A stretch of 64,000 nucleotides of DNA. Source: Planctomycetota bacterium (lineage in GTDB: Bacteria; Planctomycetota; UBA8108; SXIK01). Positions 10,165-19,697 of this stretch are shown here, one piece after another (within the stretch, counting starts at the first letter, position 1; every line of letters begins with the position of its first letter). The position numbers and the translations under genes are program-made. The stretch lies in assembly GCA_965223845.1 (NCBI GenBank), contig CBDCXR010000004.1, positions 1,984,001-2,048,000 of the forward strand. Direction: 5' to 3'. The notes beneath the pieces were generated by a model that was not told where the DNA came from, did not search any database, and was given only the letters and a program-made list of their open reading frames with translations.

Positions 10165-11304
10165 TTAACGACAGCTCTCGTTGAGTTCGCAACCGATTCC
10201 GTCCTCGGTGGTGGGGTCGACGCCGCAGTCGCTCACACCGGGCGAAGGAATGGGGCCCTGGCGGAGGAAGAGTGCGCCGAGCGACATGGTCGCGTCGGCG
10301 ATGTCGATCGCTCCGTCGTCGTTCGAGTCACAGGCGTCGCCGCAATCCGGCTCTTCCTCGTCGAGAAACAGAGACCTGAGCGTAAAGATCGGGTCCGAGA
10401 TGTCGACGTTGCCGTCGTCGTTGCAGTCACCGCGGCGGAAAGACTCCGCCGGAGAGGGTGTTCGACTCGCCACACGAAAACCGATGTACGCGCCGACGCC
10501 TCCGGTGAACCGGTCGTCGGGACGATTGCAGATCCGGATGAAGAACCAATTGCTTCCCCAGGCCGACCCACGCAAGCAGCGCCCGGTAAATCCGCCGGTA
10601 GAGATCGCTTCCGTCCACTCCCAGAGATTGCCCGTCTGGTCGAACGTACCGTAGTAGCTCGTCGAGTCGCGGTACGCACCGACCTCTGTGGTGCCGATGA
10701 GACCGGTATCCGCCGTATTCACGCTATTCGTGCCACCTGGAGGCGGCTCGAAGGTGGGAAAATCGTCGCTCTGGGTCGCGAAGCGCCAATAGCCGCCCGC
10801 TCCGTCTGCCAGGGTCGGGTCGTAAAAGGCTGCCTTGTACCATTCATTTTCGCTGGGGATGAAGTAGGTCGCGTTCGGCGCACGAGTCTCGGTCTCCCCG
10901 GCTTCTACGGCGTAGGTACCGCTTTCCGTCCCGCCCGCACCCTGTCCGTTTTCCAGCCAGTTCACGAAGCGCATGGCATCGGTGAACCGTGCGTGAGTCA
11001 CGGGATGTCTCTCGAACCCCGCCTTCACCGAGTAACGGAAGCTGCCGCTCGACCCGGTTCGCGTGATGCGCATGTCCGGGTGAAAGAGCTCGTGCGGGTC
11101 CTCCGAGGCGACCTTCCCCAAGAACTCCACGTACTGCTCATTCGTCACTTCGTGCTTGCTGATCCGGTATTCATAGTCGACGCGGCCGAAGGAATCGCTG
11201 TCGGGCTCGTTTCCTACGTCGCCCACCGTCGCCCAGTCGAACTCAACTTGGCCAAATGAAGAACCGCACTGGCACAGCAAGGCAAGCAGCATCAGTTTGC
11301 GCAT
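10165..11304 (-). CDS. Secreted FGE-sulfatase (SUMF1-like) domain protein with C-terminal dockerin-like domain
   Basis: Signal peptide; HEVTNEQY, PSENEWYKAA, GTFDQTGNLWEW, RGSAW, IGFRVA; C-terminal FRRGDCNDDGNVDISD...CDSNDDGAIDIAD. Confidence 0.85.
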   Translation of the reverse strand: MRKLMLLALLCQCGSSFGQVEFDWATVGDVGNEPDSDSFGRVDYEYRISKHEVTNEQYVEFLGKVASEDPHELFHPDMRITRTGSSGSFRYSVKAGFERHPVTHARFTDAMRFVNWLENGQGAGGTESGTYAVEAGETETRAPNATYFIPSENEWYKAAFYDPTLADGAGGYWRFATQSDDFPTFEPPPGGTNSVNTADTGLIGTTEVGAYRDSTSYYGTFDQTGNLWEWTEAISTGGFTGRCLRGSAWGSNWFFIRICNRPDDRFTGGVGAYIGFRVASRTPSPAESFRRGDCNDDGNVDISDPIFTLRSLFLDEEEPDCGDACDSNDDGAIDIADATMSLGALFLRQGPIPSPGVSDCGVDPTTEDGIGCELNESCR

Positions 11305-11604
11305 GATCACTCCCTTGATTCCGGACGCAGGGCCGTCCGCTACGCGATCGCCGATGAGCGACTCGCCGGCTCGAGAACGCGGCGTCGTTCCTGCACCTTG
11401 CCGCGTTGTGGTTTAGTCCACCGGCGAGAATCAATCCCAACGTGCGAATCTAGCGTTTCGAGATCCCCCCCGAGCGCGGCGGGCCGAAACGAGAGAGATC
11501 GATCGCCGGTCGAGCGCTACGCTGGAAGCTCGCTGATGTCGACACGACTCGTTCCCACCCGAGGATTTGGTGTTGGGAATGGGCATCCACGGTGGATTCT
11601 TCGT

Positions 11605-12147
11605 ATGGCAGAGAAGCGGAAGGAGTTCATCGCGCAGTTCGTTCGCTCCGAACGATCGCTTCGAGCCTTGCTGCTGGCTGCTACGGGAGACATGAATCTC
11701 GCCGAAGATCTGCTGCAGAACGTAGCAAGCGCGCTCTGGGAGAAGTGGCCGAAGTACGATCCCGAGCGTCCTTTTCGAAGGTGGGCTCTGGGAGTCGCGC
11801 GGATCGAGATTCTTCGTTGGCGTCGTTCCGCAGCTCGAAATCGGATCGTCTTCGACGATCGAATCCTCGATCAACTCGTCGACGCCGCAGACCGGACTGC
11901 GGAAGAGGCCGATCGGAGCCTCGCCCTGTTGGCGGAATGCCTTCTCGAAGTGAACGGGAACGCGAGAGAGGTGCTGAACTTGAAATACACGCTCGGGCTC
12001 CGGTCGCGTCAAATCGCGGAAAAGATCGGGAAGAGCGTTGGTGCCGTCGAGATGCTCCTTACGCGCACGCGTCGAGCGCTGCGCGACTGTATCCTGCGAA
12101 AACTGGCTAGCCCGGACGTTTCACCAGACTCTCCTGCGCCACCGTAA
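11605..12147 (+). CDS. ECF RNA polymerase sigma-70 factor (planctomycete/verrucomicrobial type)
   Basis: AEDLLQ, LWEKWPKYDPERPFRRWALGVAR; region-4 HTH QIAEKIGKSVGAVEMLLTRTRRALRDC. Confidence 0.9.
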   Translation: MAEKRKEFIAQFVRSERSLRALLLAATGDMNLAEDLLQNVASALWEKWPKYDPERPFRRWALGVARIEILRWRRSAARNRIVFDDRILDQLVDAADRTAEEADRSLALLAECLLEVNGNAREVLNLKYTLGLRSRQIAEKIGKSVGAVEMLLTRTRRALRDCILRKLASPDVSPDSPAPP

Positions 12148-12300
12148 GACGCGAATTGAGCATCGGATGTGTCGCCGCCCCGATCCTCAATGTGCTAGAG
12201 CACACCTCCGGTCAGTACGGCGTCACCTCCTTGTCGATTCACGCCCTACGGCGGTTCGCCGCTTCGCTCCCCGAATCTGGTGAGAAGACTGGACTGAGCC

Positions 12301-13224
12301 ATGACGCACCCAAAGGCCGACCTGATTGCGAAGTATCTCTCCGGCGATGCCGATGCGGACGAGGTGCAGCAGCTCTACCGGGCGCTGTCGGACGACCCGT
12401 CGGCCGCCGAGGCATTGCTGTCGGATGCGTACCTCGATGTCCATCTTCGCGAGGCGTTGACCAGCCTCTCATTGGGTGTTGATCTCGCCGACGTCGGTCA
12501 ACCGAGTGCGGTTGCCAGGCGAGCTCGGACCCCGTGGGTGGCAGCCGCCGTGCTGTTGGTCGCCATCTCGGGTTGGAGCGTGGCGGCGTACGTCGCTAGC
12601 GAACTCAACCGAGCTCGTACGGACATCGCCGCGCTCAACAGCCGGATCGCCTCCCTCGAAACGGCTCGTCCACTCGTACCCGTCGTCCGTGGCGACGGGC
12701 CACGAGTCCACAGCATGCGCGGCTTGCTCATGGCCGCGCGACCGAATGCCGGCGGGGAACTCGAAACGCGCTTGCTGGAGGTTGGCGCGTCCGCGCCCCT
12801 CGAACAGAGGCTCTGGACTTGCCCCTGGGGTGCGACCGAGTTTCGATACGATGGCGGCGCGTCGGTGACGGTCGAACGCGACTCGGCGGTCCAATTCAAC
12901 GAGGCGCAGGGCCGACGACAACTGACGCTCGAGCGTGGGATCGTGCACGTGACGAATCTATCGAGCGCCGACCGACGCCCGACCGAAATCCGGTGCGCTC
13001 TCGCCACCGTTCGAGTGGTCCGTGGTCAAGTGGCGGTTCAGGTCGACGAGCAGAAGACGGCGGTGGAAGCCGCGGTCAACGAGGCTCAAGTCCACGTGGA
13101 GGAGAACGGCGTCGAACGTTCGTTCACGGTGCGGCGAGGTCAGTACCTATTCATATCGCCCGGGAAGACAACGAACGTGATGGAGGGCGTGCTGGAATTG
13201 GGACTCGACGCGCCGAGCGGCTAG
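12301..13224 (+). CDS. FecR-like anti-sigma factor
   Basis: N-terminal LIAKYLSG anti-sigma helix, one TM (WVAAAVLLVAI), FecR-like beta region (FRYDGGASVTV...LTLERG); follows the ECF sigma gene. Confidence 0.75.
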   Translation: MTHPKADLIAKYLSGDADADEVQQLYRALSDDPSAAEALLSDAYLDVHLREALTSLSLGVDLADVGQPSAVARRARTPWVAAAVLLVAISGWSVAAYVASELNRARTDIAALNSRIASLETARPLVPVVRGDGPRVHSMRGLLMAARPNAGGELETRLLEVGASAPLEQRLWTCPWGATEFRYDGGASVTVERDSAVQFNEAQGRRQLTLERGIVHVTNLSSADRRPTEIRCALATVRVVRGQVAVQVDEQKTAVEAAVNEAQVHVEENGVERSFTVRRGQYLFISPGKTTNVMEGVLELGLDAPSG

Positions 13225-13248
13225 CCCGGTCTTCTCATCCGAATCGGC

Positions 13249-13962
13249 TCACCCGTTCGCCGCCCTCGGCGTCTCCGGATCCTCGGGCGTGAGCCCGACG
13301 ACGATGTCCGCTTTCGCGGCGAGCTCGCCGATCTTCGAATCGGGAATGCGGGCGAAGTCGATCGTCACTGCCGCACGCGCCTCGTCGCTCGGTAGCCGCT
13401 TGTAGAGGAAATCCTCAGCGTTCTTCTTCTCGCCCTTCACGTAGAGCTGAGTCGTGAGGAGGCGGTGCTCGCCCTTCTTCACGATGAGGTGGATATGAGG
13501 CGTGCGCCCCGTATAGGCGACGGGCTTGATGGTGCGGAAGTAGTATTCGCCCTTTCGGCCGGTGAGAAAGCGGCCGAAGCCCTGGAAGTTCTTGTCGAGT
13601 TTCTCCCGCCCATCCGACTTCGAGTGCAGATAGACGCCGCTGTTGTCCGTCTGCCAGATCTCGACGACCGCACCTCGGACCGGCTCGCCCTTCAGATCGA
13701 GCACGCGGCCCGAAAGGTGCGTGATCGAACCGACGGCAGGGGTGATCGTGTCGTTGATGATGAGAAGGTCGTTGTCCGTATCGAGAGGCAGCTTGTCCGG
13801 ATAGAACGGACCTTCGGCGTCGCGCGGCGTGCGAACGATCTCCTCGGCGAACGCACCGGGAAGGTAAAGCCCGCCGCTTCCGAGGGCCGCGGTCCCGACC
13901 GCGAGCTGACCGAGAAACTTGCGGCGGCCGTACGCGCCGTCTGACCGGGACGAGTGATCCAT
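13249..13962 (-). CDS. Tat-exported intradiol ring-cleavage dioxygenase (protocatechuate 3,4-dioxygenase beta-like)
   Basis: GRRKFL Tat motif; EGPFY, VEIWQ, GxY, FRTIKPVAY, RTPHIH (Tyr/Tyr/His/His Fe ligands). Confidence 0.88.
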   Translation of the reverse strand: MDHSSRSDGAYGRRKFLGQLAVGTAALGSGGLYLPGAFAEEIVRTPRDAEGPFYPDKLPLDTDNDLLIINDTITPAVGSITHLSGRVLDLKGEPVRGAVVEIWQTDNSGVYLHSKSDGREKLDKNFQGFGRFLTGRKGEYYFRTIKPVAYTGRTPHIHLIVKKGEHRLLTTQLYVKGEKKNAEDFLYKRLPSDEARAAVTIDFARIPDSKIGELAAKADIVVGLTPEDPETPRAANG

Positions 13963-14120
13963 GACCGAATCCTTCTTCGAAAAGCCCTCTGCGGGATGGA
14001 CCGGAAGAGGAGCCCGGCGGACTCCAGCGACCGATCGCTTCCTACTCGAACCCTCGCTGCGCCGCTGAGTTTCGCGTCCGTTCGAGGTCGATGCACGGAC
14101 GCTCGATCGAACGGGGACGA

Positions 14121-15563
14121 TCAGAACGAGCGCTGGCGCCCTTCCGTGCCGTCGCCGGAAGTCTCGTCGTCTTCGGTCGCGTCGCCGTTCGACGACGGTT
14201 CAGGCGCAGGCTCCTCGCCCTCGGAGCCGTCCTCCTCCTCCGCCGGTTCGGCCGCCCCGTCGCCCTCCGGAGCGCCGTCGTCCGAAGCGCCTTCTTCGCC
14301 CGAGTCCGCGTCCTCGCTCGAGCCTTCGTCACCACCCTCCCCGGCCGAGTCCTCCGCGTCGTCGCCGTCCTTCGGGTCGGCTGTGGCACCCTCTCCGGGG
14401 TCCGCCGCTTCAGCCGGCTGCTCGACTGCAGGCTCGACCGAAGGGGACGTTTCCGCCCCGTCGTCCGAAGCGCCCTCCGTCGCTTTCTCGCCGTCGCTTG
14501 CGTCGCCTGCTTCTTCGGCTGAATCCGCCCCGGTCTCCCCGCCGGGCCCCTCGCCCGCATCGGCATCCGCGCCATCGCCCGGCGCGTCATTCGAACCGGA
14601 TTCGGTCTCTGCCGTCCCGAGCACGCTTTCTAGCACTAGATCGACTTGCCACGCCTCAAGGTAACCCGACGCGAAGTAGACGCAGCGCCCGCCCGCGACG
14701 ACGACGAGGCTCGGGAAGTAGAGATTGAACACGCTCCGCGTTTTCGACGCCGCAGTGAACGCGGCATGGCGCGCGGCGAGCGCATTCCGCACGGCGACGA
14801 AATCCGCGCGCCCGATGACGGAGTACGCCTCGACGCCCACCGCCTCGACGTATCGCTTGACGAAGGCATCGACTTCGGGCGACTCGGCGTCGTCCTCGTA
14901 GAAGACGGCTTTCGCGCTCAGGCCGGGTACATTCTTTGCCGCCTCGACGACTTGCGGCCACTGCTTCGCAAAGCCGTCGTGGTACGTGCGCGAGAGGACG
15001 AACGCGACCGCGTCCCCCTCGGCTAACGGCCCGAGGACCGGGATCTCGTCGTCGTAACGCTCATTCGCCTCTCGCTGCGCTTCCACCTTCTCGAGCAGAC
15101 TCGCCTTCTTGTCCGCCTGGATCTTCGTCTTCAGGTTCGCGACGAGCTGCTCGAACTGGACGCGCGTTTCATCCTCGGCGCGCAGGAACTGCAGCTGATC
15201 GGCGGTCTCGATGCCCTGGACGTTCTCGTAACCGAACTCGATCGCCTTCGCGAGACTGGTGATGACATCGGCAGCGTCCGCGCCGTTCTGCGCGGCGACG
15301 AGCGTCTGGTACCACTGCCCCATACGCTTCAGATTCGCGTGGTCGGCCTTCAGCCCGGCTTCGAGCGCGCCACGCGAGAGTTCGTCCAGCCGCTCCCATT
15401 GGTTCGTCTGCTGGAACCGGCCGAGCCGAATTTCGGTCCAGTTCACCGACCGGGGAAGCCCCTCGAAATCGACCGTCAGCGCTTGCGCACCGGCGCCGAC
15501 GAGCGGCAGAAACACAAAGAGGAGACCGAGAAGAGTGACCGGGAGACGGCGACGCGAAACCAT
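14121..15563 (-). CDS. Secreted hypothetical protein: TPR-end motif, degenerate thioredoxin-like region, long acidic tail
   Basis: Signal peptide; LAKAIEFGYEN...LQFLR motif; YFPSLVVV..G cis-Pro-like strand; last ~160 aa D/E/A/G/S-rich. Confidence 0.7.
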   Translation of the reverse strand: MVSRRRLPVTLLGLLFVFLPLVGAGAQALTVDFEGLPRSVNWTEIRLGRFQQTNQWERLDELSRGALEAGLKADHANLKRMGQWYQTLVAAQNGADAADVITSLAKAIEFGYENVQGIETADQLQFLRAEDETRVQFEQLVANLKTKIQADKKASLLEKVEAQREANERYDDEIPVLGPLAEGDAVAFVLSRTYHDGFAKQWPQVVEAAKNVPGLSAKAVFYEDDAESPEVDAFVKRYVEAVGVEAYSVIGRADFVAVRNALAARHAAFTAASKTRSVFNLYFPSLVVVAGGRCVYFASGYLEAWQVDLVLESVLGTAETESGSNDAPGDGADADAGEGPGGETGADSAEEAGDASDGEKATEGASDDGAETSPSVEPAVEQPAEAADPGEGATADPKDGDDAEDSAGEGGDEGSSEDADSGEEGASDDGAPEGDGAAEPAEEEDGSEGEEPAPEPSSNGDATEDDETSGDGTEGRQRSF

Positions 15564-15823
15564 GCAGGAATCCTCAAGCGGTGCAGCGCGGAGTCGCCGA
15601 TGGCGACGAGCGCGATCAGCGGGAAAAACTCGCGGTGGGGGCCTTCTTCATCCTTCGACGCGAGGGGCGCCCGACACGACGGGAATCGAGTGACTTCGCG
15701 GTCATTCGAGCGCGATGCGGGAGAGTATACACCCTCTCGAACTCCGCCGAAAACGGGAGCGCGGACAATCCCGAGCGGCAGCGTCGACCGGTCCGTCGGG
15801 AGCAAAGCAACAGACTCATAAGT

Positions 15824-15880
15824 GTGCACTTGCAACTCAGAAAGACTACATAGAGTGCACATAGAACTCTTTGAGTGCAT
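15824..15880 (+). promoter_or_regulatory. Phased GTGCAC/GTGCAT boxes, candidate NtrC-like enhancer sites
   Basis: GTGCAC at 15824 and 15855, GTGCAT at 15875 (31 and 20 bp apart) in an AT-rich patch about 100-150 bp upstream of a sigma54-like promoter. Half-sites resemble NtrC TGCAC, but the spacing is not the canonical N7. Confidence 0.45.
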
Positions 15881-15977
15881 CCGGTCGCGTCAGATCCCAA
15901 CCGGCCGGCGCCTCGCTGAAATCACAACCCCTCTTGATTTATGCACTTAAGGATCCTCCCGCGAGTTTTTCGTCTCG

Positions 15978-15993
15978 CGGCACGCGCTTTGTA
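15978..15993 (+). promoter_or_regulatory. Sigma54-like -24/-12 promoter of glnK-amtB
   Basis: CGGCACGCGCTTTGTA versus consensus TGGCACG-N4-TTGCW: correct spacing, with GT in place of GC at -12. Confidence 0.55.
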
Positions 15994-16098
15994 TTTGCGG
16001 CCCACCGACGTAAAGCGTCGGTTCCGCCCTCGACAGGGCGGCCTCGGGCCCGACGGCGCTTTCAAACCCGCACTCCCGACCGTAAGGACACTTCCCTC

Positions 16099-16446
16099 AT
16101 GAAGCTCGTTTCGGCCGTCGTTCGGCCAGCTCGCCTCGAACTTGTCAAGGAACGCCTCGCCGACAGCGGATTCCACGGAATGACCGTGACCGACGTCCAG
16201 GGTGCCGGTCGCCAGCGCGGCCACACCGAGGTGTATCGAGGCCACGAGTACCAGGTCGACCTCATTCAAAAGGTCAAGCTCGAGATCGCCGTCGCGGACG
16301 ACAGCGTCGACAAGGTGGTCGATCTCCTCGCGGAGGCGGCGCGGTCCGGCTCCGAAGGCAAGATCGGCGACGGCAAGGTCTTCGTCTATCCGCTCGAGGA
16401 CGCGGTCCGCATCCGGACCGGGGAACGCGGAGACCCCGCGATCTGA
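16099..16446 (+). CDS. glnK: P-II nitrogen regulatory protein
   Basis: MKLVSAVVRP, T-loop GRQRGHTEVYRGHEY, KIGDGKVFV, RIRTGERG; adjacent to amtB. Confidence 0.95.
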   Translation: MKLVSAVVRPARLELVKERLADSGFHGMTVTDVQGAGRQRGHTEVYRGHEYQVDLIQKVKLEIAVADDSVDKVVDLLAEAARSGSEGKIGDGKVFVYPLEDAVRIRTGERGDPAI

Positions 16447-16610
16447 TCCTCCGCGGCAACGATCCGACGGAATTCCCCGCTCGGCGACCGTCTCGTCGCG
16501 CACCCATCCCTCTCTTTCCCGTCCGGACCGGCGCGTCAGGACGTCGGTCCGGACACGACCCCGAGCGAACTACGCTCTCGCTTCCACTTTCGGAAAGGAA
16601 TCTAAGCCCG

Positions 16611-18044
16611 ATGAGATGGCGCACGACCGCACTCTCGCTCACTGGAGTAGCTCTCCTCTCGACGGGGCTCGCCGCCGAAGAGGCGACCCCCGCGGCGTAC
16701 ACGACCGAGTCACTCCTCGACGATACGAACGTCCTCTGGACGTGCCTTGCCGCGTTCCTCGTCATGTTCATGCAGGCCGGCTTCTCGCTTGTCGAAGCGG
16801 GCCTCACGCGTGCGAAGAACGTCTGCAACATCATCATGAAGAACCTGATGGACTTCTCCCTCGGGTCCCTCGCGTTCTGGGCCGTCGGCTTCGGCCTCAT
16901 GTTCGGCGCCTCCGGCGGCTACTTCGGATCGAGCGGGTTCTTCTTCGATCCTTCCGCGGAAGGCGGAACGCTCGATACCGGGAACTCAGAGAGCTTCAGT
17001 TGGGCGTTTCTCCTCTTTCAGACGGTGTTCTGCGCGACGGCCGCGACCATCGTGAGTGGAGCGATGGCCGAACGAACAAAGTTCTCGGCCTACCTCATCT
17101 ACTCCGTCTTGATCACCGCGATCGTCTATCCGATCTTCGGCAGTTGGGCGTGGGGCGGTCTCTACGCGGGCGGTGGCTGGCTCGAGAATCTCTCGACGCC
17201 GTTCTACGACTTCGCCGGATCGACCGTCGTCCACTCGGTCGGCGCCTGGGCGGCGCTCGCCGGAGCGATCGTGATCGGGCCGCGCATCGGCAAGTACAAG
17301 GACGGAAAGGCGCAGCCGATCCCCGGACACAATCTTCCTCTCGCCGCGCTCGGAGTCTTCATTCTCTGGCTCGGTTGGTTCGGGTTTAACCCGGGAAGCA
17401 CCACCGCGGTCAAAGAAGGGAGCTTCGCGTTCATCGCCGTGACGACGAATCTCGCGGCCGGCGCCGGCGCGGTCGGTGCCATGCTCTTCTCGTGGATTCT
17501 CTTCAAGAAGCCGGACACTTCGTTCGCGCTCAACGGCGCGCTGGCCGGCTTGGTCGCGATCACCGCGGGCTGCGATGCGATGAGTGCGCCGCTCGCCGCC
17601 CTCACGGGTTTCATCTCGGGCGGGATCGTGGTCTGTTCCGTTCTCTTCTTCGATCGCGTGCGCGTCGACGATCCGGTGGGAGCGATTTCCGTGCACGGAA
17701 TTTGCGGAGTCTGGGGCACGCTAGCGGTCGGACTCTTCGCCACCGCGAACGGACTGATCACAACCGGGGAGACGGGCCAAATCGTCGCCCAGCTCATCGG
17801 CGTGAGCGCAGCGTTCCTGTGGGCCTTCCCCGTCAGCTTCGGAATCTTCTTCCTGATCAAGAAGACGGTCGGCCTCCGCGTCTCCGCGGAAGAAGAGATC
17901 GCCGGACTCGATATCACCGAGCACGGCATGGAGGGTTACGGCCGCGACGGCATGAAGTCGCCGCTTCCCGAGCCCGCCGGCGCGCTCGGGACCGCGCCGG
18001 GCGGCGCGCTCCCGCGCGGGCAGCTCGGCGAAGCGTCGGCCTGA
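16611..18044 (+). CDS. amtB: Ammonium transporter
   Basis: FMQAGF, RAKN, GAMAER, DFAGSTVVHSVG, GWFGFNPGS, DDPVGAISVHG, EEEIAGLD..EHG. Confidence 0.97.
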   Translation: MRWRTTALSLTGVALLSTGLAAEEATPAAYTTESLLDDTNVLWTCLAAFLVMFMQAGFSLVEAGLTRAKNVCNIIMKNLMDFSLGSLAFWAVGFGLMFGASGGYFGSSGFFFDPSAEGGTLDTGNSESFSWAFLLFQTVFCATAATIVSGAMAERTKFSAYLIYSVLITAIVYPIFGSWAWGGLYAGGGWLENLSTPFYDFAGSTVVHSVGAWAALAGAIVIGPRIGKYKDGKAQPIPGHNLPLAALGVFILWLGWFGFNPGSTTAVKEGSFAFIAVTTNLAAGAGAVGAMLFSWILFKKPDTSFALNGALAGLVAITAGCDAMSAPLAALTGFISGGIVVCSVLFFDRVRVDDPVGAISVHGICGVWGTLAVGLFATANGLITTGETGQIVAQLIGVSAAFLWAFPVSFGIFFLIKKTVGLRVSAEEEIAGLDITEHGMEGYGRDGMKSPLPEPAGALGTAPGGALPRGQLGEASA

Positions 18045-18072
18045 ATTTCTAGTCATTGTTTCTCTACGGGCT

Positions 18073-18113
18073 GAAGTCGGCCTCGCGAGCCTCGGTTCAG
18101 TGGGGCCGACTTC
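18073..18113 (+). other. Stem-loop between amtB and the porin gene (terminator-like or stabilising)
   Basis: GAAGTCGGCC...GGCCGACTTC inverted repeat about 30 nt after the amtB stop; no strong U-tract. Confidence 0.5.
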
Positions 18114-18338
18114 TCTAATCGCGAAAAATACAAGCCACCGTTATCGGACCTTGGCTTGATCCGCTTGCTTCGCGACCGAACTAGACATACAGTTGCCGGC
18201 TTCTCGGCCCATCGAAGCGCGGGTGCTTCGGTGCACCTGGCGCGCGAGCACATCGCGCTCGCCGTCGGGACACTCTCGCGGGCTAAGTTGCCCGCGCCGC
18301 TCGGAGGCCGTCAACGCACTGCTAAGGGAGAAGATTGC

Positions 18339-19580
18339 ATGGTGCGTGGAAACCACGGGGGTCTGCTGTTGTGCGGGATTCTGGTTGGACTCGTCAGTTG
18401 GGCGAGTCCCGGTCAAGCTCAAACGGAGTCGCTCTTCGCCGGGATCGATGAGCTCTCCGCGTCGATGCTCGGGCAAACCGAAGAGCCCGAGGGGAGCTAC
18501 ATGAAGTTCCTTCGAGGGATCGAAGGGAGTGGGTACATCAACGTCGCCTACTCTTACAACTTCAACGACAGTGAGCGCGGTTCGAGCCCGGGACCCGAGA
18601 CGCCGGTCCGGATCTTCGACGTCTTCCACAACGAGTTCACGGTGCACAACGCGGCGCTCCGCCTCTCGAAGCCGGTCGACGAAGAGAACCCGGTCGGATT
18701 CTCCTTCATCGGCGCAGTCGGTAAGGACGGCGCGGTGACGCAGGATCCGAATATCGCGCTCGGAGGAAACGATCTCGATGTGCACGAGGCGAACATCAAG
18801 ATCCGCGCTCCCGACAGCTTAGCCGTGCTCGGCGGCACGACCTTCACGGTCGGTAAGTTCCTCACGTCCGCCGGTGCGGAAGTGATCGATGCTCCGGAGA
18901 ACACCATGTTCTCGCGGACACTGCTCTTCGGTCTCGCGATCCCGTTCGTGCATACGGGTGTGAAGGCGGACTTCAGCCTCATCAAGCAGGAAGAGAGTGA
19001 TGAGGATCTCCTCGCCGGTCAGCTCGGCGTCGCGAACGGCTGGGGAAATCACAATGTCGGCTCGGCCGGAAGCGGCGGTAACTTTCCGACGTGGCTCACG
19101 AGCGCGACCTTCACGCCGGGCGGCGATCTCGAGCCGTCGGTGACGTTGAACTACTTCGTGGGCGAGGTGACGGCTTCCGGCCGCTACCGCAACCTCATCG
19201 ACATCGTCGCGGGCCTTCAGCTCACCGAGGCGCTGTCGTTCTCCGGCAACTTCGACTGGACGAGCGACGAGGCCGGCTCGGCGACGGGCGGCTATTCGAA
19301 CCTGTGGGGATTCGCGGGGATCCTGAAGTATCAGGTCACGGACGAGGTTTACACCGCCGTCCGCCTCGAGCACGTCGACGACCACGATGGTTTCGCTTCC
19401 GGCTCGCCGACCCACGTCCGCATTTTCGACGTGACGGGGACGGTTGGCTGGATGCCGTACTCGAACCTGCTCCTTCGCGGCGAGGTTCGCGTCGACACCG
19501 CCGACGGCGGTGCACCGTACGAGAACGGGACCGAGCACACGCAGACGACCGTGTCCGTCGACGCCTCCTTCCTCTTCTGA
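18339..19580 (+). CDS. Outer-membrane beta-barrel porin (BBP2/OmpL-like)
   Basis: AAGGGAG RBS; signal peptide; GYINVAYSYNFN, GKFLTSAGAEVID, SRTLLFGLAIPFVHTG, NGW; C-terminal Phe (VDASFLF). Confidence 0.85.
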   Translation: MVRGNHGGLLLCGILVGLVSWASPGQAQTESLFAGIDELSASMLGQTEEPEGSYMKFLRGIEGSGYINVAYSYNFNDSERGSSPGPETPVRIFDVFHNEFTVHNAALRLSKPVDEENPVGFSFIGAVGKDGAVTQDPNIALGGNDLDVHEANIKIRAPDSLAVLGGTTFTVGKFLTSAGAEVIDAPENTMFSRTLLFGLAIPFVHTGVKADFSLIKQEESDEDLLAGQLGVANGWGNHNVGSAGSGGNFPTWLTSATFTPGGDLEPSVTLNYFVGEVTASGRYRNLIDIVAGLQLTEALSFSGNFDWTSDEAGSATGGYSNLWGFAGILKYQVTDEVYTAVRLEHVDDHDGFASGSPTHVRIFDVTGTVGWMPYSNLLLRGEVRVDTADGGAPYENGTEHTQTTVSVDASFLF

Positions 19581-19612
19581 TTCGGGACTTTTCCGAATCC
19601 AGAGTCGGAGCA

Positions 19613-19665
19613 GAGCCCCTGGTCTCTCGAGGTTGACTCGCGAGACCAGGGGCTCGTTTTTTTTT
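19613..19665 (+). terminator. Intrinsic terminator
   Basis: GAGCCCCTGGTCTC...GAGACCAGGGGCTC stem followed by T9. Confidence 0.9.
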
Positions 19666-19697
19666 CGGTGGCCGCGCCGAGCTCCCGCCGTTTCGAG

